A stretch of DNA of 63,976 bases, filler included, from Octopus bimaculoides (lineage: Eukaryota): NCBI RefSeq assembly GCF_001194135.2. It is 6 parts of 6 records of this genome, joined end to end, with 100 filler letters (N's around TTAATTAATTAA, not from the genome) between each part and the next. Parts side by side here need not be neighbours in the genome. Positions count along the whole stretch, not along the records: positions 1 to 21,572 come from NC_068984.1; 5 more parts are not named here. One strand, written 5' to 3'. Of this stretch, positions 1 through 11,807 are shown in pieces. The first letter of the stretch is position 1, and the number at the start of each line of letters is the position of its first letter. The notes under the pieces are model-generated. The model worked only from the letters and a program-made list of their open reading frames with translations, had not been told where the DNA came from and searched no databases. The position numbers were made by a program, and so were the translations under genes.

Positions 1-35
1 TATAATAGGCAGAAAATTTTTTCTGTTAAAAATCA

Positions 36-78
36 TATCTGATGAGTCTCGGAAACGAATGAGATGAAAGCGTTAATA
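36..78 (+). ncRNA. Candidate minimal type I hammerhead ribozyme motif
   Basis: CTGATGA core 39-45; stem II GTCTC/GAGAT (46-50/61-65); GAAA 66-69; self-complementary AGCGTT stem III with wobbles; UUA triplet; stem I only 3 bp (TAT/ATA). Confidence 0.5.
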
Positions 79-689
79 AATAATTGTCTAAAATTCTCAC
101 TGCCTTCTTTTTTCTTCACACATGCACATATATATACAACCACTTCCACACATTTTCCGTCTTCAAAATTCATTCACGAAGTATTGGTTGACCCGGGATA
201 TAACAGAAAATACTTGCCCATGTAGTGGAACTGAACTGAACCCAAAACCACGTTGCTGCAAGCAAGTTTCTTAACTACACAGTCATATCTGCTCTTATAT
301 ATTCTGCATGCAGGCAGCATTCTGGGACAAATTCCTAATGTTATTATATTTAAAAAAATAAACACAAAACTTAATCTTCTAGTCGTTCTGATGTCTTGGA
401 AGAAGTAGTTTGATTGTTTCCCTGATGAAGTGTAATAAGCTTGAAATAAGTCTGGGGTTGTCGCCATAGCAACCAAAGAAGAGACTCATCAATCACCACT
501 GTAATTTTTGATCAATTGAAAATTTAGATGTTCACTGTTTTTATCGTTTAGTTAGTGATGAAAGGGCTGTGCCCACGACTTTTTGTTGTTCAGGTCTTCC
601 GTGCGAAGAAGAGAGAAAATTATTCTCAAACCCAGAATCCTGTCCTAAGGCTCAGAACAGACTGAACACCACCTTCAGTCTTACGCACA

Positions 690-720
<31 letters not shown>

Positions 721-1989
721 TGCACTCATATGCGCACACAAACAAACGCTTTGCTGAAACACATTTTGTTCTTGGAATACAGGTTTTCAGAGGTATCGCA
801 TCTCTTTCGAATACTCGCCTTATCCAATATTAATGGATCGGAGACGAACCGTTACCAGCTTCCTGTTTTCAAGTTGAGTTGAATGGTAAAAAAAGTAAAC
901 TTACTCGTCAAAGAATACAAAGCAGTGGCGGTGTAGAAGACACAAGAGTTTATATTGTTGTAAGAATGCTCGGAAGGAAAGATTCTGTCCAGTCTGCTTG
1001 ATTTATTATTCTATGTGTCTTATTTCAGTCGAGAATAATCGAAGGGGAAAAATGGCGACTGTTTTGTTAAATGAGAAAACTATAATTCAGAAATACCTTC
1101 TGTTCTAAAAGCTTTAAACACGGATATAAACAACGTATTTCAGTTCGAATATAAATGTAGAAACGAATCAATTGATTGTTCTACTTAAATGCATAAATAG
1201 CCAATAACCAATCAATAATGCCCTAAGATTAGCAACTATTATCCAGGTTGATCAAGTATTTCTTCTGTTTTGTTAACAAAACTATTTTATTTATGAATTA
1301 CGAGTGAGCATTTTGTTTAGATACAATGTGTCCTCTGGTGGTGCTCCCAACACAGGAGTCTTAAATCACCACAACACAATAAGGGATCGGGTATCCTGAA
1401 TAGGGTCGATACAAAATACGGGATCCGGTAACTTTACTTGGCTAGAAATAGCAGCCAAATATACCTTAAATTTCTTAAGCTGATATATGGAAATATACTA
1501 GACAAAGCATTTGATACACGATAAGACGTGATTGCCATGGGAGGGAACACTTTTGTTTATACTCCTGTGATGGAATACGTTCTCTACTCGATCATTCTAA
1601 TTCCAAGAAATAACAGCTAAATACCTCACAAATCACATCTGTCAACACAGAGCAAATGGATTTGTGTAGGCTTATATACCGTTAAAAAGACGTGATGACC
1701 ACGGTTGGAATGGCTTTAGTCATAGATCTAATCCAGCAGGGTTGCCTTATAATGAATCAATAACAACCATGTACAGCAATATCTTGAAACATCTCAAAAG
1801 ATCGTATTAAATTTGCATATTAATGCAAATGAGATGTTATCATTCATTCCACACTGAAATCATTACTACATGAAGAAGTCGGTGAAACAGCTATAATTAA
1901 GTGGTTAAATATACGTGTGTGCGTGTGTAGAAGAGAGGAATTTTCGCAAGTACAAGTATGTCGACCGAGAAGGTATAAACAAAAAGAAA

Positions 1990-2672
1990 ACGTTAAGACC
2001 AAAACCATGCTACGGATGTGGAGCCCTACGTTTCAAGAAGAATTGTCCTTTCAAAATGCAAAAATGTTACAGTTGCTAAAAAGTAGAACACAAAAGCTCA
2101 GATTGCAGAGCAAAGTTAGGAAGGTCGAACATAAAAATTTTTAAAACTTTTCTCTACAGAAAGTAGAAGTGACACCAAAAGGAGGAAATTTGTAGATGTA
2201 AAAGTAAATAAAGTGTATGTCAAACTATAGCTAGATATTGGTAGCGACATCTCGATTATTAATACCGATACGTGGATAAGAATTGGGGAACCTACGTTAA
2301 TAAAAACATCAAAAATTGCACGAGGCATGACAGGTGAAAAAGTACACCTCATAGGCGAATGTGGAGTGATATTACATTCCAGGGGAAAACCTGTAGAGCA
2401 AAAGTTTTAGTGGTAAAATACGCAACCAATACGCTCGGTACGGACTGGTTGGAGTTGTTTGATTTATGGGTCCTCCCCATAAGTCTATTCTGTAAAAAAA
2501 TAAATGGCTGTCCTACCAGTGAAAATAACTCAGCATCTGAACAGAAGAAAAAATAAAAAAAGCTTGTTTCCTGAAGTACTGTCGGATAAATTAGGTCTCT
2601 GTTCTAAGACTGAGGCCTGTTTCCAAATAAAGGAAAACGTTCTACCTGTTTTCAAACCTAATAGAAAGATAA
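1990..2672 (+). mobile_element. Degenerate Ty3/gypsy gag-pro fragment
   Basis: Manual translation gives paired zinc knuckles KPCYGCGALRFKKNCPFKMQKCYSC*KVEHKSSDCR, aspartyl protease motif L*LDIGSDISII, then TLGTDWLELF and FPEVLSDKLGLCSKTEACFQIKENVLPVFKP typical of the protease-RT linker. Contains stops and frameshifts. Confidence 0.85.
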
Positions 2673-2788
2673 AAGACACGAAAACCCATTCATGAACATC
2701 TCACCACCGTCCACACCACTGAAAGAAAACATCGTAAACAGTTCGGCTTTGCCGGACAGGAGTACAAAAGGCACATACTCACGCAGAC

Positions 2789-3229
2789 ATACATAAGCAG
2801 GAAAACACACACACAGCGAAACCACCCAGACCTCCACATGAAACCCAATACACCGCATACACAACATACTACAACAAAAGTGTTGAGATTGAAAAAGTGT
2901 TAACAAAATGGAAAAACATTACAAAGGTAAAATTACCAGCAGGGGAGTTCCCCTCCCCACCACCAATAAAAAAGAGTGCGTCCTGGTGGAGATAGAAAAA
3001 TTTAAAAAACTAAAAAAAGACTTTCGGATCTGATATAGACCCTATAGCGACGAAGGTAGAGTTTGATACCCTACCTCCTGTCATTGAACACAAGGAAGTG
3101 GAAACACTCACAAAGGAAGTAACTGTTGCGATGATCTTGTAAGAAAAAACAAATGTATCAAATGTCACAACTCGAGTGCAGGGCTCGAGTAGCCATTGCA
3201 TCCCCACATTCATATATCGTCCTTTCATT
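2789..3229. repeat. Copy 1 of a ~435-bp inverted duplication (partner 5851-6279)
   Basis: Reverse complement of 5851-6279 aligns end to end by eye; ORF track shows near-identical peptides at 3010..3339(-) and 5852..6070(+). Confidence 0.9.
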
Positions 3230-3357
3230 AATTCATTCGTTGTATTCCCCCACCCCACTGCATGTTTTGTCTGTCTTTGTATAGTCCCCTCTGTGTCGGG
3301 CTCTTGGTGGCCAAATAAAGAATTGAGAGTAGGCGTCAATCGCAGAAAGTCGTCAGG

Positions 3358-3520
3358 TGTCGTTTTGGTAGTTTGTCGGAATATTGTTTGTTGGTTCGTG
3401 GAGAGTTTGTTGGATTGTTACGCTGTTGTTACCTTGCATTGTTATATATTTTATTGTTACTACACGGTTATAGTGTAAAATAAAAGTACCGCCACGACAA
3501 TTGGCGATACTACAGTAATT
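3358..3520 (+). mobile_element. Possible short LTR followed by a PBS-like motif
   Basis: TGTCGT (3358) ... ACGACA (3499) inverted termini, AATAAA near the 3' end, followed by ATTGGCGA. No partner LTR seen. Confidence 0.3.
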
Positions 3521-4922
3521 GGTGACTACGTAACAATTAACACCGATCCTAAAGCATACATGCGTTTTCCGTGCAGATTTTTCCTTAAAACTCTTGTCGC
3601 CTTGCAACACCTGACGAGGCGGCTTTTTTTTTTTTTTTTTGTGCCAAGGGACATAACTCTTAATACTTGCTTGATTCGTTTCGTCGTCTTTTTCACAGCA
3701 ATCACAAACCAAGAGCAGTCGTCATATTTCATTCCTTAACTGCCATCTCTGAAGGACGAAGGGCTACATAATCGGACTGTTATGTAACACTCCGTTGAAT
3801 CGTTAATGCAAAACCAATTGGTAAGATCGGCCGTAATGGATATATAATACTGTACACTGCAATTAATATACATACATATAGTTTCTAGATGAGGGATGGA
3901 TATTCTCCGTATAGAATACACTTCATAGTGCTCAAAAGGTTTAAACTTGAGCAGGCAGAAGAATAATTGTATTAAAGGGATTGAATATTCAACCCATTTA
4001 ATTCCTGATATCTTTTCTATCCTGTGAAAATCAGACCTTTTTATATGTAAACATATGTACATTTTTTGTATTAAATGTATTTAATATTTTATATCGACTT
4101 GCCTAACTTGCTTATCCTTACAATTAGTCCTCTACATACATACATACATAGTCTACATATCTTCTTCCCTGTTCTTTGATTTAAAATTTAAATAATCCTG
4201 CCGAGGTTTACCTAGAAATGATTATCTCCTTCTGAACAACTACCCACCAGGGCACAAGACATATATACGCTATGCCTGCTTTCATTATGACAATTCATTA
4301 GAAACATACAATAACTCGCTTGCGTATCTTTAAGAATATCCAAATGATATTACAAATGTTTGTTCTTTCGACTAGACACTGTACCCGGTAAAATATATCT
4401 GCTTAGTTCCGAATATGTTATCTCAAGAAATCAATTGTCAAAGTATGTAACCGATGTTAGAAAAAAATTTTGTGGAGTGAATATTTATGTCTCTTAAAGA
4501 TGTTATTTACTTCCCTACGACTCCACACATAACAACTATTGCTCTACAATAAAGCAAAATCGTTTAGGAAATTACCTTCATTAACAAAAAACCAGTTCAC
4601 ATAAAGCTGTTTTTCATTTGGTTTGTATTTATTTCCCTTTAGAAAAGAATATTTGGATAAACACTGTTTCCATACATTTAAGATTTCGCTAATGGGTGTG
4701 TATTTTTTCTATGTTCTTTTTTATTTCCTCCACATTAACAAATAATTACACGCACGCGCGTGCGCTCACACACTCGCACAAAGAGTAAAATGGGTGCTAA
4801 CATGCTTAATATTCTTTCTGTTATAGGCACAAGACCTGGAATGTTGGGGGTAGCAGCTCGTCGATTAAATCGACCCCAGTGCTCAACTGGTACTTACTTC
4901 ATCAACCCCGAAAGGATGAAAG

Positions 4923-4986
<64 letters not shown>

Positions 4987-5013
4987 TCTCAATCAATACA
5001 AACATGAGTAGCC

Positions 5014-5417
5014 GTAGGCGCAGGAGTGGTTGTGCGGTAAGTAGCTTGCTTCCCAAACACACAGTTCCCGGTTCTCATCCCACTGAATGGCACCTTGGGC
5101 AAGTGTCTTCTAACATAGCCTCGAGCCGACCAAAGCCTTATGAGTGGATTTGGTAGGCGGATACTACAAGAAGCCTGTCGTATAAATATATATGTATATA
5201 TGTGGTTGTATATGTTTGTGTGTCTGTGTTTGTTCCGCCACCACCAGCGCTTGAAACCGATGTTGGTGTAGTTACGTCCTCGAAATATAGCGGTTCGGCA
5301 AAAGACACCGATAGAATAAGTACTAGGCTTACAAAGAATAAGTATTGGGGTCGATTTGTTCGACTAAAGGCGATGTTCCAGCATGGCCGCAGTCAAATGA
5401 CTGAAACAAATAAAAAA
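5014..5417 (+). mobile_element. tRNA-derived SINE, family A (full length)
   Basis: tRNA-like head (GTGGTTGTGCGGTAAG ... GGTTCTCATCCC), CCTTGGGCAAGT motif, internal TA/TG tract, tail GCAGTCAAATGACTGAAACAAATAAAA; about ten homologous copies in the window. Confidence 0.8.
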
Positions 5418-5656
5418 AATCAACATAGTAATATAAATGGTTTCCATCGCTGTAGGTTGTTATTTGATTGGTCGTTCCATTACAAGGCAGACGATCGTCT
5501 TGCTAGACATTTCGTTTATTTTTTCGCTATTAAAGCAAATTTGAGTTGGATAGTCTAGAATATATATCATACAGTCTGAATATTTTTCTTTTGTTTTTCG
5601 TTTCACTCATCGAATCAGTAATATTCACATTCAAGTATAAAGTGTTCAATACTCGT

Positions 5657-5695
5657 ATACATAGCTATTTCGATATATTTGAACCTCATCAGTAG
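5657..5695 (-). ncRNA. Degenerate hammerhead-like motif
   Basis: Minus strand CTA-CTGATGA-GGTTCAAATATATC-GAAA-TAGCTAT-G: core present and stem III palindrome ATAGCTAT, but G at position 17 and weak stems. Confidence 0.35.
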
Positions 5696-5757
5696 TTGGC
5701 AGTGGGGAATTAATTATATTTTATTATTTCTTTATGAAAGGGGAGAAATTCCCCCGG

Positions 5758-5803
5758 GGCACCTGATGAAGGCTGGAGAGTACATCAGCCGAAACGTTGT
5801 GTT
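5758..5803 (+). ncRNA. Minimal type I hammerhead ribozyme motif
   Basis: Stem I GGCAC/GTGTT; CTGATGA 5763-5769; extra A; stem II GGCTG/CAGCC with 10-nt loop; GAAA 5791-5794; palindromic ACGT stem III; GUU triplet. Confidence 0.8.
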
Positions 5804-5850
5804 AACAACAAACAAGATGAGGACAAATATCCGTCAAATGTAAATAATGT

Positions 5851-6279
5851 AATGAAAGAAGGATATATGAATGTAGGGATGCAATGGCTACTCGAGCCCT
5901 GCACTCGATTTGTGACATTTAATACATTTGTTTTTTCTTACAAGTTCATCGCAACAGTTACTTCCTTTGTAAGTGTTTCCACTTCCTTGCGTTCAATGAC
6001 AGGAAGCAGGGTATCAAACTCTACCTTCGTCCCTATAGGGTCTATATCAGATCCGAAAGTTTTTTTTTAGTTTTTTAAATTTTGCTATGTCCACCAGGAT
6101 GCACTTTTTTTATTAGGGTGGGGGAAACTCCCCTGCTGGTAATTTTACCTTTGTAATGTTTTTCCATTTTGTTAACATTTTTTCAATCAAAACACTTTTG
6201 TTGTATGTTGTGTATGCGGTGTATTGGGTTTCATGTGGAGGTCTGAGTGGTTTGGCTGTGTGTTTTCCTGATTATGTAT
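5851..6279. repeat. Copy 2 of a ~435-bp inverted duplication (partner 2789-3229)
   Basis: Reverse complement of 2789-3229. Confidence 0.9.
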
Positions 6280-6436
6280 TTTAGCGAAGAGAAATGTAGA
6301 GAAGACATATGACAGTGTTTCACTAAAAGGTTTCTTGAGTGTATAGGAGAGCGAGAGAGAGACAGAAATGGCAGCATTGTAAATTTAAATTTACGTATAA
6401 AAGAGTAATATTCCAATCATGAAAGCGCATTGCATT

Positions 6437-6640
6437 GTGGTCAGGGGGTTGCATTCATAGTCGTAAGATTGTGGTTTCGATGCCTAGTGTTCTTGAACAA
6501 AACGCTTCACTTCATGTTACTGGCGAAAATGAATAACTCCGCGATGGACTGACGTCCCGTCCAGTAGAGGGCGATGCGGGGTGAGTATGCACGCCACAGA
6601 ATCCAGAAAACCGGCCTTATGAACGTGTGATTCGGGAAGA
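6437..6640 (+). mobile_element. SINE family C (V-SINE-like central motif)
   Basis: tRNA-like head then GCGATGGACTGACGTCCCGTCCAG, resembling the V-SINE domain as I recall it; head-related antisense segments near 8960-9210 and 45570-45745. Confidence 0.5.
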
Positions 6641-8061
6641 ATTATTGGTCCTCTTTTGAATATTTCAATTATGTTGTTTATAATGAAAGCTGTTTAATTC
6701 CAGATACCTTTTTCAGTGGTGTCTGTTACACAATTGCTCCTTCGTGTGAGGTTGGGTAGAAGTTTGCCCACCCGTAATCACACGCCCTCGTTACCAGTCT
6801 GCTTGCATTGGTTTGAGGATCACAGATTTTCATTGTTGTTTTGTTAAAGTTTTAATTAGACTACAAATATAATTAAATTCATATATGTACTTGCAAAGAA
6901 GAGGAAACATTTTTAATTAAGGATAAACATCCGAAAACGCAAAGCCAAAACCCATTCGTAGCCCTTTGGATGTAACCTCTATTAAAACAGGTTAAGATAC
7001 ATGTTTCCTTGTTAAATGTTTAAATATGTCAGTTAATTTCACCAAGTTTATTGAGTTAATCTTTTTTTAATCACGCAACGTTACAGATTTGTAAGGAACA
7101 ATATAGTTGACTGGATGAACCACAGTACATAACTGGTACTGTCCTCTTGGACTCGTTAATTATCAATATCGATCACGTTTCAGTTATCAAAACACAGATT
7201 AACCTATATCAAATATTTTTTCAAAGTTTTTATGGAAGTTTTGCTGAATGTTTTTTTTTTCCGGATGTAATCAAGTAATCATAAAATGAATGACAAAAAA
7301 TGAATCCTGATAGAATTAGCATCAATCGTTAAAGAAACGAAGCTAAAACATTATCGCTTGCTAATTATATCGTTTATACAGTTCACCAGGTATACTGGAC
7401 TTGTTATCAACTCTAATAAACACTTATTAACGTCTTAGATCGTTTGGGTCCTCTGAATAAACTGGACCGACCTTTATGTTACGGACTGCGATTTGCGGAG
7501 ACAAAAACAACTTTGCTCGTAATCTGTTGACATAAAATGTTCCAAAACGTGTCTTGTTTTTAATAAATGAAATATATATATATAATAAAAAAAAGAGAAA
7601 TAAAAGTTTCTAAACGTGTTTCGTTTGTTTTCCACAAAGATTTCTAAACGTAAAGTAGCAAACATACATGAATGGTTGTGTCAATAAAAGTATTAAATAT
7701 TGTAGGATAACAACTTCACAAACGAGCTAATGATTTTTAATGGGCTTTGAACTTTTATTTGATCTTATTAAGATTTTGTGAAACAAAAATCAATGATGAT
7801 ACAACAAAATATCAGGTGTTGTATGTTTTTCTTTCCACCGTAATTGCTGTGTCGAATAAATCAGGTTTCCGTTTTCACCATCGATCTCAGCCACTGGGAG
7901 CTGCAATCGTATTGCAATGCAAACTTCCTCACTTAATTCCTTCAATTGTTCCCTAAGATTGTTTAGGGATTTCTGAGATTTTTCTCACTAATATAAACAA
8001 AGTTTAGATAACAGAATTCACGATTTACTAGTTCAGCTGCCAGCTCGCACTGTAAATACAT

Positions 8062-8090
8062 ACGTGTGTGTAATGTATGTAATGTATGTG

Positions 8091-8126
<36 letters not shown>

Positions 8127-8134
8127 TGTATGTG

Positions 8135-8169
<35 letters not shown>

Positions 8170-8180
8170 ATCTATGTCTC

Positions 8181-8238
<58 letters not shown>

Positions 8239-8240
8239 CA
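8062..8240. repeat. Compound microsatellite (TATG)n-(TA)n-(TG)n-(TATC)n
   Basis: Direct reading; explains ORFs 8064-8356. Confidence 0.95.
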
Positions 8241-8661
8241 AATATATGTATGTGTATATACGTTATGCCTACATACTGACAGTTTCCCATACATATTCAC
8301 AAGCACGTAAAATAAATATGTTCAGTCACTCAATCATATGTAATCTATCCTCTTAATTAAAACCAAAAGCAAAAAAAAACGGGAAATATTTATGATTTTG
8401 AAAGAGAATATCTCCTAAGCGGAAGTTGTGTGAAACTCGACCTTTCATAGCGAAGAACAACAATAATAATAAGAAGAACCTTTATATACGCAATGAGCTG
8501 GTAACATTGCTCATAAGCAAAGAGCGGAGCAAATTCCTGCAGAGAACTAGCAAGGATTGCATCCACGAAGTTATTCGGGGATTTTGCAACTAATAACCGG
8601 AAGTTAACTTCAGTCTGACGACTTCTCCCTCGTGATGATTGCAAGTTGTAAGACCTGGCTA

Positions 8662-8750
<89 letters not shown>

Positions 8751-8902
8751 CAAAACGCTTCATCTCACGCTTCTCTGTGATCATTTAGACACCTGACGTG
8801 TGATACATCGTGCGCTTGTTCAGGCAACGTCGATTTGATGAAAGGAGTGAGTTAATGTAAAGCACATACGTTTGATCACTATAAACGAATGATTTGCATA
8901 GG

Positions 8903-8933
<31 letters not shown>

Positions 8934-9229
8934 TAAGAGTGGTTCATCGTTTGCACTACGCTCTCGTTTGTTTCAGAGTGTCACTGCGCTTGTGAGCAAA
9001 CATGGACATCGTCTCGTCACTTTTCCGTTCTTTACTCAGCAAAACATGGAAGATGTGAAGTTGAAAGAAGACAACTCTAGGTTTGTAATTATTCACAGCT
9101 GAGTAGAAGAGAGCAACATGAGATGAAAGGCCTTTCTGACAGACAAAATGCAGCAACCGCACCAGGAATTGAAACCCGTGACCATATGATCATGAGCTCA
9201 TCATCCTAACAATTTGGCTTCGTGCCTTC

Positions 9230-9273
<44 letters not shown>

Positions 9274-9469
9274 TTGTGTGTACGCACGTAAACACACACA
9301 CACACACGCATACATATACATATACGTATACGCGCATCATACATATACGCACACTTTCCATTCTCTCACCTGGATGTTTTAGAAGCGAGATCAATTAAGC
9401 ATAAATAAATAATTAGTAAGGTTTTGCTGACGTTAACGTAGTCTCATGATTAGTAACACATTGGTTTCG

Positions 9470-9680
9470 AATTTTGGCACAAGGCCTGCAATTTCCGGGG
9501 GAGGGGTTAAGTAGACCCTCCCTCCCCCAATGGTCAACTGGTACTTATTTGATCAACTCTGAAAGGACGAAAGACAAAAATGACTTCGGCGGTATTTGAA
9601 CTCAGAGTATAAAGCCGGAAGAACTGCTGCTAAGTAATTTTGTCCGGTGCGGGAACGACTCTGCCAGCTCGCCTCCTTAT
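9470..9680 (-). mobile_element. tRNA-derived SINE, family B
   Basis: Shares CTGGTACTTATTT..ATC.AC..CGAAAGGA.GAAAG.CAAA..CGAC.TCGGCGG.ATTTGAACTCAG and ends GCCAGCTCGCC like the other copies. Confidence 0.75.
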
Positions 9681-9883
9681 GATTTGTAATATGCTGATGA
9701 TACAAAGTGATAGTTGGCGTCACGGTTTCAAATACGATCGCCAGCTTTATGATGTAATATAATCGTATAGATGCACAGAAACATACATACATAAGTATGA
9801 ATTTCTTTTTTAATATTTAAACGGTAGATGTTATATTACAAAATAGAATGTCCTGCATCTATATCAGTATAAAATATTCTAGT

Positions 9884-9932
9884 CTTGCTACTCTGAGTTT
9901 CACTTGCAGGAATAAAGTTATCATCAGATAAG
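9884..9932 (-). ncRNA. Degenerate hammerhead-like motif
   Basis: Minus strand CTTAT-CTGATGA-TA-ACTT...AAGT-GAAA-CTCAGAGT-A-GCAAG: intact core, GUA triplet, palindromic stem III; stem I mismatched and 2 extra nt before stem II. Confidence 0.4.
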
Positions 9933-10572
9933 TTGTCACTATTGTGTGCCTACAGGCGAAACTCAGACAACAAGAGGCGGACTCGTCCAAAATAAAATAA
10001 CATTAATCCATTGCACGAAATTCCCTTTTTTCCGACAGCCTATGCTAAACGCGATATATATATNNNNNNNNNNNNNNNNNNNNNNNNNNNNNNNNNNNNN
10101 NNNNNNNNNNNNNNNNNNNNNNNNNNNNNNNNNNNNNNNNNNNNNNNNNNNNNNNNNNNNNNNNNNNNNNNNNNNNNNNNNNNNNNNNNNNNNNNNNNNN
10201 NNNNNNNNNNNNNNNNNNNNNNNNNNNNNNNNNNNNNNNNNNNNNNNNNNNNNNNNNNNNNNNNNNNNNNNNNNNNNNNNNNNNNNNNNNNNNNNNNNNN
10301 NNNNNNNNNNNNNNNNNNNNNNNNNNNNNNNNNNNNNNNNNNNNNNNNNNNNNNNNNNNNNNNNNNNNNNNNNNNNNNNNNNNNNNNNNNNNNNNNNNNN
10401 NNNNNNNNNNNNNNNNNNNNNNNNNNNNNNNNNNNNNNNNNNNNNNNNNNNNNNNNNNNNNNNNNNNNNNNNNNNNNNNNNNNNNNNNNNNNNNNNNNNN
10501 NNNNNNNNNNNNNNNNNNNNNNNNNNNNNNNNNNNNNNNNNNNNNNNNNNNNNNNNNNNNNNNNNNNNNNNN

Positions 10573-10623
<51 letters not shown>

Positions 10624-11020
10624 GATAGATAGATAGATAGATAGATACGATTACTACCAAGATGCTCTAGTTAAACTTAAGAGCGGAATATCAACTATGT
10701 AACGAGAAACCAAGTTATATCACCTGAACAAACAGATGCTTTCGCACTGCAGGGAATAAAGGAATTCATTGTATAGTTTCCCACCCACGAGGGAGCGATG
10801 CACGATGTGTCGAAACGATCGTTATGATAAAGTTTCAGTATATTCTATCTGCCATACCAACTCTCTTTACTATGTGTGTGTATATATATATACACACACA
10901 CACATATATAGGATCGTTTGTAGAAATACATAAATCCGTAGGAGAAGCACGCTCTAAGATGTAGAGCAGTTAATATTATTGTGGGGTAGGTCGGTTTATG
11001 GGGTTACCCTGGGTTTCTCG

Positions 11021-11482
11021 CTTTAGCCTTACGGCGTATCTTCAGACCCCCACATACTGCTGGCCTGAAATCTCTTTAAAATATGGAGGCGGGGAAAGCT
11101 TCGTTTTCAAGGGTAAAACACTAGGTGAATAACTCCCTTTGCCATTGTCCATCGATTTTCAGCCGCGTTTCTATCTTGCGGTCACCAAAGCACCACGAAG
11201 ATAAACGTTTGTCTCCCTTCAGCCTTGGCTGTTGGTTTCCGATTGTGGTGCCGTCATGCGGATTCCAAAAGGCCAGCAGGAATTTTCTAAAATGCAAGCA
11301 TGGTTCGAAAATCTCCGTCCTGGAGTTCAAGATGGCAGCACGGCCAAAGATCGATGGACAATGGAAAAGGGAGATAATCACTTAGGGTTTTACTCTTAAA
11401 AACAAGGCTTCCCCCTCCATATTTTAAAGAGGTCTCAAGCCAGCAGCATTTGGGGGTCTGAAGATAAAGCCGTAAGGCTAAA
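11021..11482. mobile_element. Foldback/MITE-like element with ~145-bp terminal inverted repeats
   Basis: TTTAGCCTTACGGC..ATCTTCAGACCCCC...CCATTGTCCATCGAT (11021-~11165) matches the reverse complement of ~11340-11482 with scattered mismatches; weaker similarity extends outward. Confidence 0.8.
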
Positions 11483-11764
11483 CCCCATATATAAATCTTC
11501 CCCGCCCAGCTTATTCCCCAGACCTTTCTCCAACCGACTACCACTTTTTCAAGCACCTTGATGGTTTCCTGCGAGAGAAGGAGTTCAAAAATCAAACTGA
11601 TTAAGTGATGGCCATCACTTTATCGTGCTGCTACTGCATAACTCTCTCTAAGAGATTTAGAAATGCAATAATTCTAATTTCGGAGATCAGTGAATTTATT
11701 TCACTTGAAATTCTATAAGTTTCCAACAGCGATTTAGCACCGACAGCTAGCAAGGCCAAGCTAC

Positions 11765-11807
11765 TCCAGACTGATGAAGAGCAACAACCCTGAAACTAGT
11801 CTCTGGA
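11765..11807 (+). ncRNA. Minimal type I hammerhead ribozyme motif (GUC site)
   Basis: Stem I TCCAGA/TCTGGA (6 bp perfect); CTGATGA 11771-11777; stem II AGAG/CCCT (one A-C mismatch) with CAACAA loop; GAAA 11792-11795; palindromic ACTAGT stem III; predicted cleavage after C11801. Confidence 0.85.

Noticed and set aside
417-457. CTGATGA...GAAATAAGTC hammerhead-like motif
   Set aside because: Stem II pairs poorly and stem I is out of register; at best a heavily decayed copy.
5014-5090. tRNA-like sequences at SINE heads
   Set aside because: Pol III A/B-box remnants without an acceptor stem; not tRNA genes.
9946-10660. Long ORFs spanning N runs (also at 12.8, 15, 16.5, 20, 23.3 and 39.7 kb)
   Set aside because: Open only because N codons are not stops.
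10780-10830. GAAACGATCGTT motif like the one at 21130
   Set aside because: No CUGANGA core upstream.
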